Both the position numbers and the translations under genes were made by a program. A stretch of DNA of 63,114 nt, filler included, from Lophium mytilinum (lineage: Eukaryota): assembly GCA_010093605.1 (NCBI GenBank). It is 6 parts of 3 records of this genome, joined end to end, with 100 filler letters (N's around TTAATTAATTAA, not from the genome) between each part and the next. Parts side by side here need not be neighbours in the genome. Positions count along the whole stretch, not along the records: positions 14,675 to 38,717 come from MU004187.1; 5 more parts are not named here. One strand, given 5' to 3'. Shown here in pieces: positions 25,590 through 38,817 of the stretch; position 1 is the first letter of the stretch, and each line of letters opens with the position of its first letter. The notes under the pieces are model-generated. The model worked only from the letters and a program-made list of their open reading frames with translations, did no database searches and had not been told where the DNA came from.

Positions 25590-28500
25590 GTATTTAGTAT
25601 TATATATAGCTACTAAGTTGCTATTAATATTCTCTAAATATACCTAGCAGTTCTCTTTAGGTTTATAGCCGTCCCACTCTACTAAGTACTCTATAAACTT
25701 CTTCTTAGAACGCCTAATATAACGCTAGCAACGGCTAAGAAGACGTCTTATAGTATAGAAGGCGCCGGTGTCGTTATTATATTTATCCTTAATAGCTAGT
25801 AGCTAAGTATAAGCTAGGCTCTCTTAGTTATAGAGGTTCTTAATATTAGTAGCCGGCTCTAGCAGCTCTATAGAAATTACTAGATAAACTTACTATATTA
25901 ATAGCAGGTTAACTTTATATATGTTTTTACTAACTTTATACTTAATTATTTAGGGGCCTATATACTATTAGCTAAACTTTCTATAGACGCCTAGTATATT
26001 AAAGCCCTTATAGAGCTAGATATATACTAGATTACTAGGTTTAAGTTATAGGTTACTTCTAGAGGCGTTAAAGCGGAGCTTTATACGCACCGCGGCGAAG
26101 GTAATAGTATTAGCGGCCTCTTATTATGCAACCTTACGGGCTTTTAAGAAGCTTAAGGCTCTAGAATTAAGGGGTAAGAACGCCGGCGACGGCTTTATAG
26201 AGAGGGCGTCTAATAATAGCTTTACTAATAATAGCGTGCTTAATAGCTTTATGGAGTTAGCGTCTAAAGACGGCTTTATAGAGAGGGCGTCTAATAATAG
26301 CTTCTCTAATAATAGTATCTTTAATGGCTTTATAGAGTTAGCATCTAAAGATAGCTTTATAGAGTTAGCGTCTAAAGATAGCTTTATAGAGTTAGCATCT
26401 AATAACGGCTTCTCTAGTAATAGATATACTTGCGGTAGGCCTTTATTTAGCTAAAAGCTATAGATAACTTTATTTAGTAAGAGCCTAGTAGTCTAGTTAA
26501 TAGAGTTATTTAGGGTATACTATAAGGTTATTAAAAACTCTAGCTAGCTATCTCCGCCTAATAATAGGTAGTAGTAGACGGTAATTTTAATAGTCTAGTT
26601 TATACGCTTTAACTAACTATCTATATATAGGTAATAGGCTATACTTATTAAAATCTTAGTACTAAGCTTTTTAAATATAGCCTTCTAGAAGCTTAAAATA
26701 AACTTACAGTTATAGTCTATAATTATAGCTGCTAGAACGCCCTAATCTATAAGAGTATCTAGTATAGCGCGTGCCTAGTCCTTAGCTATCTAGGTATTCT
26801 TGCCCGGGATTATAGTAACGCGTTTAGAGAACTTATCCATAATAGTCGTAAAGGAATTAAAGCTAGTAACCTTATTAATAGGTAGGCCTATAATAAAGTC
26901 TATTATAACTATATAGAATAGAATTACTAAAGTTTAAATAGAAACTAGCGTTCTATATAGCTTATACTAGAGGGTAGTATTAATATTATAAATCTTATAG
27001 TAGTATAAATATAGGCGTAAATACTAAGTAAGATTTTAAATATAATAAGTTACCTAAATACACTTATAGCTATAGTAGAAGCCTGCATATAAATAGGCGT
27101 TATAGGCTTCTTTAAAGATATTACCTTTTAAGCTTTTTAGTATATATAGTTGTAGGCGGCTATTAAGGTTTTTATAATAGATAAGGCCTTCTATAAGCTT
27201 AAAGAGAATGCTAGGCTTAGGCCTACTTAAAAGTTTAAGAATGCTAGACTAGTATTTATTAGTCTTATAGGCCTACTTAAGCTAGTAATAGAAGTTATTA
27301 GTAAGCTAGATAACTATAATATTATATATATACAGCTTATTAGCGCTATAGAAGGTAGAGAGATTATTAAAAGTATTAGATATAGTATTACTAATAGCTT
27401 ACATTATAAAAGAGAGTTGTAATAAGGCGTTAGAAATAAGGTATTACTTACCGGGCCTATAATAGATATCTAGGCGGAATTATAATAGATACTATAATAC
27501 TCTAATTAGACGCATATTAAGCTTATTAATAGCTAAGAATATTAGGCTTATAGCCCGTATAATACCTAGTATTACGGCGTAATCTATAATTATAATTATT
27601 ATAAGTTTAAAGGCCTCTATTATATAATAGACGCGTTATACTATCTATACTAGGTAGGTAACTTTAAGTTCTATAGGCTAGTAATTATATTTAGCTATAG
27701 ATAGTAGCTTACTAAGAAATAGTATAGACTATATCTTATTCCTCTTAATAAGATTAAGGTTAGTAGAATTGCCGGTAATATAGTAAACTATAACTCTAAA
27801 GCTATAAGCTTTTAAGGCGTCCACGTTAATATATAGATGTCTAGATATAATAAAATAGGCTAGAATTCTTTTATAGGTAAAGGCTTATTATAAGGCCTTA
27901 TAAGAATCTCTTAGCTCTATATAGTTATCTATACTTATTATTTATATATAATGCGCTTATACTTAACTAGCTAATAGAGCTAATTTTAAAAGACGGGTCT
28001 TTTTATATTATAGAGGCTTAGATAACTATATATAGTAGCTAATATACTATTTAAGCTACTCTATTAAGCTAAGGTAGTATTTTAAGTTCTTTAGGCTAGT
28101 AGAAAGCTATAGCTTATAAATAGTAGCTAGCTTCTTAGCCGTTATTAAGAGTCTAAGAGTATTAACTTTCTAGCCTAGCAGCGTTAAGAATAGGTATATA
28201 AGGTAAGATTTAGGGCCCTTAAGTATAATATTAGCCATTATAAGGGCCTTAAATAGGGCGCGGAGGTATTTAATATAGTTATTTAGGCTTTTACTATATA
28301 TAATAATATTATTAATATACGCCCTATAGAACTACTTTAGTTTATAAATATAAATAATTCTATTAATCTATTATTAGACGTAAGGGGGTAAATTATAGAA
28401 CTCTATAACGGCTATATTAAAGTGTTCTTATTCTCTATAGAAGATAACTATAAACTTAGACCTATTCTTAATATAAACCGGCTACTAGTAGAAGAAGAAG

Positions 28501-30000
28501 GTAGTATTAAGTATAGAAATATAGGTATAACTAGCTATAGCGCTTATTAACTCTTCTTAATAAGGTAGTAGATAGCTATCTTTTATAGTTATCTTATTTA
28601 GGCCCTAGATATTAATAACTACGCGGCCTTTATAGGTTAGGGTACTATTAAGTATAATAGTTTACTATACTATAAAAACTAGAAAGCTAAATTATATTTC
28701 TATAGACTACTCTATATACCCTTATTAGTATAGCTTATTAAACTTATTATTAACTAGAGCCTATTTTTAAGGGCTAAGTAGATATATATAGTGCGCGAGC
28801 CTAGCTTTTAATAAGCTAAGGTTATTAATAAGAGGTATTTAGAGCTAGTAGTTCTCTAGAATATTAGTAAGCTTACTATTATCTAAGAATAATAGCTTAA
28901 AGCCCGCAATAAGGTTATTTACTATAGTAGCTACGGACGGTAAGAAGCTATAAATAGTAACGCTAAAGTAGCTAGTATACTCCGTCTCGGATTATAGAGG
29001 GTATAGCGTTACTAGAGATACTATAGTTCTAAAGCTCTTAGAAGGGACCGCCTTAATCTATTTAGTAGAGCTATTATAGGCGCTAAAAAACTAGAAAAGG
29101 CCGCCGTTAGCTAGTCTCTAGAGAGGCGCTTACTATATAGCGAGCTTATAGATATCTAAATTAGCTAGATACGCGCCCTTAATAAGGTAGTTCTTAAGTA
29201 TTTTAAGCCTAGTATTTTAAGAAACTATAAAGGCTATACTAGAAGTATTATAGATCTAAATAAAAGTAATATTAATATCTAAAATATAGGCGTAAATGCT
29301 ACCCTCTAGTCCTAGGCGGGCGTTTAAGAAGTTAGGCTAGAATAAGTAATTACAGTCTAGTAGAAGAATCTATAGTTATTAAATAGTAAAAGGCACCGGG
29401 GTAATAGCATTTATAGATATTATAGTTACTCTCTTAGCTATTATAACTTATTATATTCTAATAGCGTTATTATAGGCTTTTATAGATACTAGTGCCTTAA
29501 TACCTTAATAGCTTATAAACTATATATAATAGTATCTTAGATTAATAACTATTTCTTCTAGATCTAGAATATTAGTACTAATAAGAAGGTTTACCTATAA
29601 ATAGTTAATAATATAGGCTTTAAAGTAAATTATAGCTATAGCGGGCTTACTATTACTAAGGTATTCTAAAATATATATTATTATAATATAGAACTTAGTA
29701 GATAAGACTAATTAGTTTCTAACTTCTTATACTATAATAGGCTTCTTTACTACTTATATAATAGGTTTTATACTAAGAGTATTAATAAAATTCCGTCTAA
29801 TTAGCGTTATAGTATTTTCTATATCCGGCGTAATATTATAGAGTTTAAACGCGTTATAGGCGTTTAAGCTATAAGTATCTAAGTTATCTAAGTTAAGGTT
29901 ATTATAGAAGGCCGCTTTTATAGTAACATAGTAATATCTATAAAAGGAGAGGCTAGAGCTGAGCTTATAGTTCTTAACTTCTAAGGTAATAAACTTAGCT
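25590..30000 (-). pseudogene. pol: pol of element Y: protease, RT, RNase H, integrase, chromodomain
   Basis: RIP-reversed motifs: PDTGNTMTLI (~29800-29830), GRVVVDIRGLNK (~28595-28628), FFYQW, RAYIDDIVIYS (~28295-28325), YIDVDASKAYGFG (~27800-27835), EAHDAHSHAG/CxxC (~26985-27110), MDFITGLP (~26880-26905), GP..I.....NAYEVDLP..W.VHPVIS (~25870-25960), chromodomain EYLVEWDGYEPEENCW (~25640-25692). Confidence 0.95.
26190..26412 (-). repeat. 27-bp tandem repeats (~8 units) in frame within the integrase of element Y
   Basis: Plus-strand unit gctttatagagttagcgtctaaagata. The minus frame reads KPSLDANS(I/M/T)-like 9-mers between ...SPNEVIYGF and REVARQEAADAIAFA... Confidence 0.9.
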
Positions 30001-33000
30001 CTAGGGCTAATAACCGCGTATAAGGTTATAGTTATATTACTACTATTAGTAAAGTTTAACGCTTCCGCTTTCTATTTTATAGAATATCTATAACTACTTA
30101 GCTAGTAGTCTAAATATAGATATCTAAATAGAGCGTTCTTTAACGGGAAACTAGTATTATAAGTATAATAATATTACTTAGGCAGCTAAAGAATAGCTAG
30201 AGATATTGCGGCGTTAAAGATATTAATAAAGCCGGAATTAATTATATTAGAGTAGTCTTTCTTAGCAGCGACCTTATTATAAGGTTCTTAGTTAGTATAG
30301 TAGTTCTAGTTATTATAATAACCTATCTAAGCTATAGATTTCTCTAGAGTAGTCTATTTATTAGGCTAAGGTTACTTATTAGCGTTAGCGTTATAGACTT
30401 TCTACCTAAACTACCTACTATACTAGTTAGAGCTAGTAAATAGCTTTTAGCTAGTAAACCCGCCTTATAAAGCGCCTAGGTTTTATAAAGTAGAAGCGCT
30501 TTAGAGGTTCTAGGCGTTACTATTTATAAGCTAGAGAGGCTAATAAGGAGCCGGAAGTTATTATAGGTTTACGGTAGTTATTATTATTATTATAACGGGC
30601 GCGCTTTCTTATAGGCGCTAGTTTTAGCTATACTATTTATACTAAGGGTACTACCTATACTAGTTATATAGTTAAAACTATAATAAAGGTTTATAAGTAT
30701 TACGCAAGTCTCTATAACTATAACTTTAGCTAAATCCGCTATACTACCTATACTACTAATTCTAGCTCTAAGATCTATAGTCTAATAGCTAGAAATTCTA
30801 TTATTAATAAGAGTTATTATACTAACTATTCTCTTTAAACTAATTATTAATAGATTAAGCTTTAAGATAGATACCTAATAACTAGTACTATTACTTACAC
30901 TTCTCTTATAGAGAGTATATAAATATCTATACTATTATTATAGCTATAGGCGCCGGAATATTACGCTATAGAAGCGTATAAATACTATTCTATATAAATA
31001 TTAGCTAGTTAAGTATATTATTAAGGTTAGACGCCTTTAATAGCCGCGTTATATAATAGATGTAGAAAGTAATATTATACTAGTTTCTAGTATTGTAGAG
31101 AGAGTACTCTAATAAGATAAGCTAGTTAAGGGAATTACTAAGAGGGGGCTTAAACTAGTTAATTAGGGCGGTATACTAATTATTAACATTTCTATATTAG
31201 AGACTAATCTTTTTAAGATTAGAGAGGCTAGAAGTATACTACTTAAGGGCGTCTTCTTAAAGAGCTTAGGGGAGCCGGCTTTTAACTACATTCTTACTAT
31301 ATAGGGTAACGTAATTCTAAACTTAGTTAATAAAGATAAATATATTATAGATATATATATTAGACCCGGTATAGATAATATTACCTAGCCCGTAGAAGGT
31401 ATTAAGATTTAGCTAAAAGAAGCTAATTTTCTAAACTTAGAAGCCTCTAATACTACCGCTATTATTAGCTTATCCTCTAGAAGGTCTAGAAGGTCTAGGT
31501 AGTCTAGAAGGGCCCGGAGAGGGAGCTACCTAGCTAGTAACTTATATAATAGCTTACTAAATAAGGTTATTAAGCTATTAGAGCTAGGCTGCATTAAACG
31601 CTATATCTAGAAGAGGGTTTTAACTCTTATTATAAGTAATTTACTCTATATAGATAGAGTTAGTTTAGCTATATAGAGAGTTAATAATAGAAACTTAATA
31701 CTATTTAAGTTAGCTTATAAAGTTCCTAATATTAGCTTAAAGAGTTTAAGTAGATATTAGCTACTTAGAAGAATATACTTACCCTAGAGCCTATTTAGCG
31801 GCTAGAAATTAGGTAAGAAAACTACTACTAAGAGCCGCGTTAAGAGAAGTACTCTAAAGCTAGCCGGCGTTTATATACTTAAACGCGTATAGCTAGTACC
31901 TAAGGTTAATAAGGTCTTATAGTAGATTAGAGTAGTTATACTATAGAAGGTTACTACTAGAGCTATTTATAGATATAAAGTATAGATATAGGTAATCTAT
32001 AAAAGAAGGTAGCTTATAAACTATAGTAGCCTATAAACTATAGCAGCCTATAAAAGAAGGCGGCCTATAAACTCTAGCAGCCTATAAAGCTATTATAGGT
32101 AAGAACTTTCTTAATATTAGTATTTAAGGTGTTAGAGAGCTCTATAATAGTAGTATTAAGAACTAGCTAAATAGAAAAGTATATAAGATAATAAAGAAGC
32201 TTTAGATAAGAATATCTCTATATAAGATAAAGAAGATATTAATAAAGAAGATATTAATAAAGGAGATGTTAATAAAGAAGATTTAAAGAAGGAGAGTAAG
32301 AAAAGATAGTATATTAATAATATAGTTTCCTCTAAACTACGGGACTACTTTCTTAGGGCCCTATATAATGGTAAGTTCTATAAAGTTATAGAAGGTAATA
32401 GTTTCCTAGAAGTTATTAAAGATAATAATTTCTAGGAAGTTATAGATAATAACCGGTTTCTAGAAAGTTATTAACGGTTTTCTAGAAAGTTATAGAAGAT
32501 AGCTTATTAATTAAAGCTTATAAGGTAGTTTTATAGCATTTAAAGATATCTATAATATAGATATCTATTAAACGCGAATTATAGAGAATTAGTAGATAGA
32601 TATATCTAGTCTATAGAAGTTATTACTAATATAGGCTATTAGGGTTGCGGAATTAATATTATAAGAGGCTGTAGAGCTAAAGACGCTAGTAAGCTAGAGG
32701 CTAGTAATATTATTAGAAGTCTATATAATAATAAGAAGAGGGACTATATAAATTAAATCTAGTACTTATAATATATAGAGCTAGTAGCCCTTATAATTAA
32801 GGCTTTAGTAGCACTAAGCTTAAGCTACTATATATTAAGAACGTAGTATAAAAAGGTATCTATTACTAGCTAGTAGGTGTAGCCTTAAGAGCTACGCGGG
32901 CGTTAGTGTATAGAACGCCGGCGTCCGGCTAGGCGTATATATATACGTCCGTTATATACTATATACTAGAGCCTATTATCTATAGAACTATAATACTTTT

Positions 33001-34219
33001 ATTAATATTAATACTATCTAATCTAATAATTCTAATATTTTAACCTTAAGCCCTAATAAGAAAAGGTAAAGTTAGAGTTAGTTTATATATATATTTAGAT
33101 AATAGAGTACTAAGACTAGACTTTTATCGCGTCTATATAACTAAATTAGCTACTTTAGTAGTAACTATTTTATAGTAATTAATAGAATACCTATACTACC
33201 TCTTCTTTTAAGAAGAAACTAAAGCCTCTTTATATTAATAGTAACCTAGTATTTATTAAGTTATTAGTATAAGATTTAGATAGTTTAGTATTAGGCTAAA
33301 AATTCTATATTTTATACTACTACCTAATATATTTATATACTTAAGTATTAGAGATAATTATAAATAATACTCTATTATTAACTATTACTATATAACGGCC
33401 CGGTTTATTTATCTAAATATATACTTAGGCGGTACTCCCTTTTTTATAATTATTAATATTATTATAGGGCGCTATTATAATGCTTTAGGGCTTTAGCTAA
33501 TTATATATAGTATAGGGATACTAATATTATAAGAGTATAGGCCTATACGCCTATTTTAGAATACTCTTATTTAATTTATATAATAGCTAGAACTAGGGAT
33601 ATATACTTTCTCTAGTAACTTAGATATATTAAGAAGCGTAATAAATATAATAGTATTTTAGAGTATTTTCTAAATTAAGTAGAAAGGTTATATATAGATA
33701 GCATCTAAATTAGCTATAGAGTAGTATATAAATATATTATACTATCTTAAAACTAACCTAACTTATCTCTATATCTAATTAGCTATAGTATTAGTAGTAT
33801 ATTAAAATATAGATAGCTAGAAAGGGCTTAGTATTAGTAAGTATATACTTTTCTACCTATTTTCTTTTAGCTAGTATATATATACAGCACTAAATTATAC
33901 TACTATAGGCCTATAGTATACTTTAATTTATAGGCTACTTTATTTAAATTTCTTTATTAGAAATATAAGTAAGATTAGATATATACTATCTACTAATATT
34001 CTATAGTCTAGATTAGAAGGGTAGAATAGAGAGTTCTTATAACCTTTCTATACCTTATAATATATAAGAATATTACTAATAATATATATAGGCCTATAGA
34101 GTATTAGCGCCGCTATTAGAAATATAAGTAAGATTAGATATATACTATTTACTAATATCCTATAGTCTAGATTAGAAGGGTAGAATAGAGGGTTCTTATA
34201 ATCTTTCTANNNNNNNNNN

Positions 34220-37200
34220 ATCTATATACCTAGTTAGAATATTTAGCTATATAGCTATACTTCTAGTTCTAATAATAGCTATAGTTTAGATAACTCTATA
34301 CCGCCTATATATAGAAATATTAAGCTATTTATATTCTAGTCTAGTAAGATAGTATAAGGTTATAATAAGGCCCCGCCTTAGAGTAGTATAGTTCTAGTCT
34401 AGTTCTCTTAGTAAGGCGGGCTATAGAATAGTCTAATTATAAATTAGGTTAGCTAGGTATATAGACTCTTATACTATTTAAGTTTTCTACCTTTTATAGT
34501 TCTATACTCTTATCTCTTATATAACTCTTATATTCTTTTTAACTTTTTCTATAGCTTTAATCTCTTACTTATTTATCTTATTATATAGGCGTTTATAACT
34601 AGTAGAGGCTAATATAGATATAGGTAGAAGAATAGTATAGTACTAGCTAGGGTAGATAGGTATAGAAGTATTATCTATCTATATTAGCTATATTAATTAA
34701 AATTATTATATATATTTAATATACTATTTAGCTAAAGCTTAATAATTAGAATAATATAGTCTAGTTCTCTTAATAAACTCTAATACACTATTACTATATA
34801 CTAGTCTACCTTATTCTTAACTAGAAACTTAAGATTATCTATAATATAGTAATATATAGTTTTACGTCCTATATTAAGACTAAATATTATATTTAACCTA
34901 GTAATAAGTATACTAAATTAAAGGGCTAGTATTACTAGTACACTCTTTAGTAGTATAGGTAGTGCAAGTTTATATACTAGTATAATATAGGCAGCCTTAC
35001 TATCTAGCTACTTTACTAATATTAACTTTATTTCTATATATACTAAACTATAGTAGTATTTAGAGTGTAGTAAAGTTCTATTTTATTTAGCAGGCAGAGT
35101 ATCTATAGAATTAGAATAATAAGACGCGTTAATATAATCTTATTTTTTCTTATTATAGTTGCATTACTATATAAGTTTTAATATCTACTTATATTCTTCT
35201 TTAAGTAGAACGCATAAAAGTATCTTAGGAAACTTCTTTATAATATCTATTATTATAGATTATACTATCCCCCTAATTATCTTTAAGTAGAGAAATCCGC
35301 CTAGTAGGTCTACTAATTTTATTTTAGTCTCTATTGCGGTATATAGTATATTATATTTATAGATACTAATATTAAGGCTCTATATAAGCTTACTTCTAGA
35401 GTTTAGCTTAAGGTTATTAAGTATTAGGGACTAGCCTTATTTATCTAATAATATAACGGTTTAACAATTTTTAGAGTGTAGAAGGGGTAGAAAAGGTAAA
35501 GTTAGAGTTAGTTTATATATATATTTAGATAATAGGGTACTAAGACTAGACTCTTATTACATCTATATAACTAAATTAGCTACTTTAGTAGTAACTATTT
35601 TATAGTAATTAATAGAATATCTATACTACCTCTTCTTTTAAGAAGAAACTAAAGCCCCTTTATATTAACAGCAACCTAGCATTTATTAAGTTATTAGTAT
35701 AAGATCTAGATAGTTTAGTATTAGGCTAAAAATTCTATATTTTATACTACTGCCTAATATATTTATATATTTAAGTATTAGAGATAATTATAAATAATGC
35801 TCTATTATTAACTATTACTATATAATAGCCCGGTTTATTTATCTAAATATATGCTTAGGCGGTGCTTTCTTTTTTATAATTATTAATATTATTATAGGGC
35901 GCTATTATAATACTTTAGAGCTTTAGCTAATTATATATAGTATAGGGATACTAATATTATAAAAGTATAGGCCTATACACCTATTTTAGGATACTCTTAT
36001 TTAATTTATATAATAGCTAGAACTAGAAATATATACTTTCTCTAGTAACTTAGATATATTAAAAAGCGTAATAAATATAATAGTATTTTAGAGTATTTTC
36101 TAAATTAAGTAGAAAGGTTATAAATAGATAGTATCTAAATTAGCTATAGAGTAGTATATAAATATATTATACTATCTTAAAACTAATCTAACTTATCTCT
36201 ATATCTAATTAGCTATAGTATTAGTAGTATATTAAAATATAAATAGCTAGAAAAGGCTTAATATTAGTAAGTATATACTTTTCTACCTATTTTCTTTTAG
36301 CTAGTATATATATATAGTACTAAATTATACTACTATAGGCCTATAGTATACTCTAATTTATAGGCTACTCTATTTAAATCTCTTTATTAGGAATATAAGT
36401 AAAATTAGATGTATACTATCTACTAATATTCTATAGTCTAGATTAGAAGGGTAGAATAGAGGGTTTTTATAACCTTTCTATATCTTATAATATATAAGAA
36501 TATTACTAATAATATATATAGGCCTATAGAGTATTAGCGCTACTATATAGATATTTACCTATATAATACTATAGTTTATATTACTAATACTTAGGCCTTA
36601 AATTATATTTAAGGCTTATACTACTAATACCTAAGCCTTATAGTAAGTATATAGTTAAGTAGATTATATTAATATTAAAAATAGGTAGTCTATAGTAGAC
36701 CTACTATAGATATAGTATACTTATTAATGCGGTAATTACAGGTATATTATAGAAATAGAAGTTAGAATAGTTTATTTTATAATATCTACTATAGAACTAT
36801 ATATACTATATAATTAGTATATTTAGTAGTTACCTTAGTACTAATAGTTTCTTAGTTTTTCTTCTTTTTTAGTATACTTTATATAACCTTATATATAAAC
36901 TTATTATTATTAACTATATAGAACTAAGCTAGTATATCTACTAGATTATTACCCTCTATATAGGTAAGAATAATACTATATATTCTATTAGACCTCTAGT
37001 TCTTCTACTATACTTTAGATATAATTTATACCTTAAGGCTAGATATAGTCTATAGCTCTATAACTATTACATATATATATTAAAAAGTAAAGTTAGAGCC
37101 TTCTACTTCTCTAGTCTTCTAGTTTGCGACTAGAATATTAATAGCTGCTAGATTATTTTAATTACGCTTAAAGCTAGTATTAAATTGCTTCTATTACTTA

Positions 37201-38717
37201 ACTATTAGTAATAAATATAACTATATAAGCTTTTTAGTTAGTATAGTCTTTATAATTATCTAGTATTAATTATATTAGTTTATTAGATAATAATTACTAA
37301 TTATAGATAGAGATAGGTAGTAACTTATAATATAGATAACTAAATTAACTATAAGCTTCTCGCTAATAATTAGTATCTTCTTTTTCTTAGCTTAAATATA
37401 TTAAACTATGCTCCTAATCTTTTTTAGCTTCCCTAAATTAGCTAGTAGGTTAGTATACTATTTAGTAAGGGTACTCTCTAAGTCTATATAATCTATCTAG
37501 TCTATATTTTTAATATCTTCTAGAGTAAAGGTTAGATTACTTATTAAGCTAAGCTCTTTCTATTACGTTTTTAACTTAGCTAGCCTAGGAATTAATATAA
37601 AAATCCGGGGTAGCCTTCTCTTACCTAAGCCTATTAGGAAGGCGCCTAGGCTAAAGAAAGGCGGCGGCTTATTAATTACTACTCTATACCTTAGCTATTT
37701 TTTATACTCTTCTTTAAGGTCTATATATCTCTCTCTAATAACTATATAGTACTTCTTAATAAAGGGTTTAAAGTAGTTAGGTATACTAACTATTACCTAC
37801 TATATAATATAGAGCGGTATATTCTCTAAAAAAAGGCTATTTAGGCTAAGGCTTATTAGTATTCTATAGATACTTATAGCTATAATTATATCTAATACTC
37901 TCTAGAGACGCCTAGATAATTTAGAATTATTCTATAGTTACTACTTTTTCTCTATTTTTAAGGCGTAGTAGTAACCTCTAGCCCCTATAAGGTCTCCTTA
38001 ATTAATATACTAGAGGGTAGGGCCTTAATAAAGAATATTAAACTTATTCCCTTTATCTATATTCTCTTTCTCTAACTTTTTATTTAGAAGAGTGTTATCT
38101 AGGTTATCTTTAATATTAGTATCTAAGTTAGTTAGGTTTACTATTTAAGTTAGCGTCTATAAACCTCTATATAGTATAACTATTAGATATAATAGAGTTT
38201 TAGGGCTATAGAGAAAAGAAGTTCTACTATAGAATAAGCCTCTAGGGCAGCTATATAGATTAGTAGCCTTATTAAACTCTTCTAAGTTCTAGCCCTAATA
38301 AACCTAATTAAGCGTATAGTTAATATTTACCTATTTACGCGTAGTTAGATAGAATGTATGCTAATACTATATAGACTTAATATAGCTAAAAGCTATAATA
38401 TATAGAGATATATTATTAAATTCTAAGTAGAACTTATTAAAAAAAATAGCCCTATATATATATATAGGGGTTACTTTATTACTATATAATAGGTTATAGA
38501 ATATTATAAAGGTCTCTAGTAAGTTTAAATTCTTATTATATTTTTTATTAAAGGTCTCCGCGCTTATAATAATAAGGTAGGTTTTTACTCTTAGATTTAG
38601 CTTATACTATATCTAACTATTTATTTCTTAGTAAATAGGTCTAAGGTTCTTCTAGTCTTTAGAGGTAAGGTTACTCTTTATAATACTTTTATATATATGC
38701 TAGATATAAAGTCTTTT
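34220..38717 (-). repeat. Second copy of segment Z without the X insertion, extended by a helicase relic
   Basis: Empty target site gaaggggt-agaaa-aggtaaag, with agaaa at 35489-35493. Confidence 0.88.
36850..38717 (-). pseudogene. Second, divergent SNF2-like helicase relic (5' part lost in gap)
   Basis: RIP-reversed motifs: YLIIVSAETF (~38550-38580), IFFDEFH (aat aag ttc tac, 38438-38427), FxSGT(S/P) (~38218-38235), NSGKLKKIRSIV..IQAEKKKILIISE (SGKL 37425-37436), one intron ~37260-37328, ILVANWKTGGVEGSNFT...V.VMEPW......Q...V.RKNQ (~36995-37140). Confidence 0.72.
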
Positions 38718-38817
38718 NNNNNNNNNNNNNNNNNNNNNNNNNNNNNNNNNNNNNNNNNNNNTTAATTAATTAANNNNNNNNNNNNNNNNNNNNNNNNNNN
38801 NNNNNNNNNNNNNNNNN

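Larger units (their letters stand above)
24939..32995 (-). mobile_element. Ty3/Gypsy chromodomain retrotransposon Y, full length and RIP-inactivated, nested in the 3' LTR of X
   Basis: 163-bp LTRs at 24939-25101 and 32833-32995. TSD ctttt at 24934-24938 and 32996-33000. Removing Y restores the X LTR sequence ttat-ctttt-attaatattaatac. Confidence 0.97.
16568..33058 (+). mobile_element. Ty3/Gypsy chromovirus X, full length and RIP-inactivated; its 3' LTR is split by element Y
   Basis: 200-bp 5' LTR 16568-16767. 3' LTR = 24797-24938 + 33001-33058. TSD agaaa at 16563-16567 and 33059-33063. PPT aaaggggggaga at ~24783-24794. Domain order PR-RT-RH-IN-CHD. Confidence 0.97.

Noticed and set aside
26236..26454. 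Supplied + strand ORF with ELASKDSFI repeats
   Set aside because: Antisense reading of the 27-bp repeats inside the minus-strand integrase of element Y.
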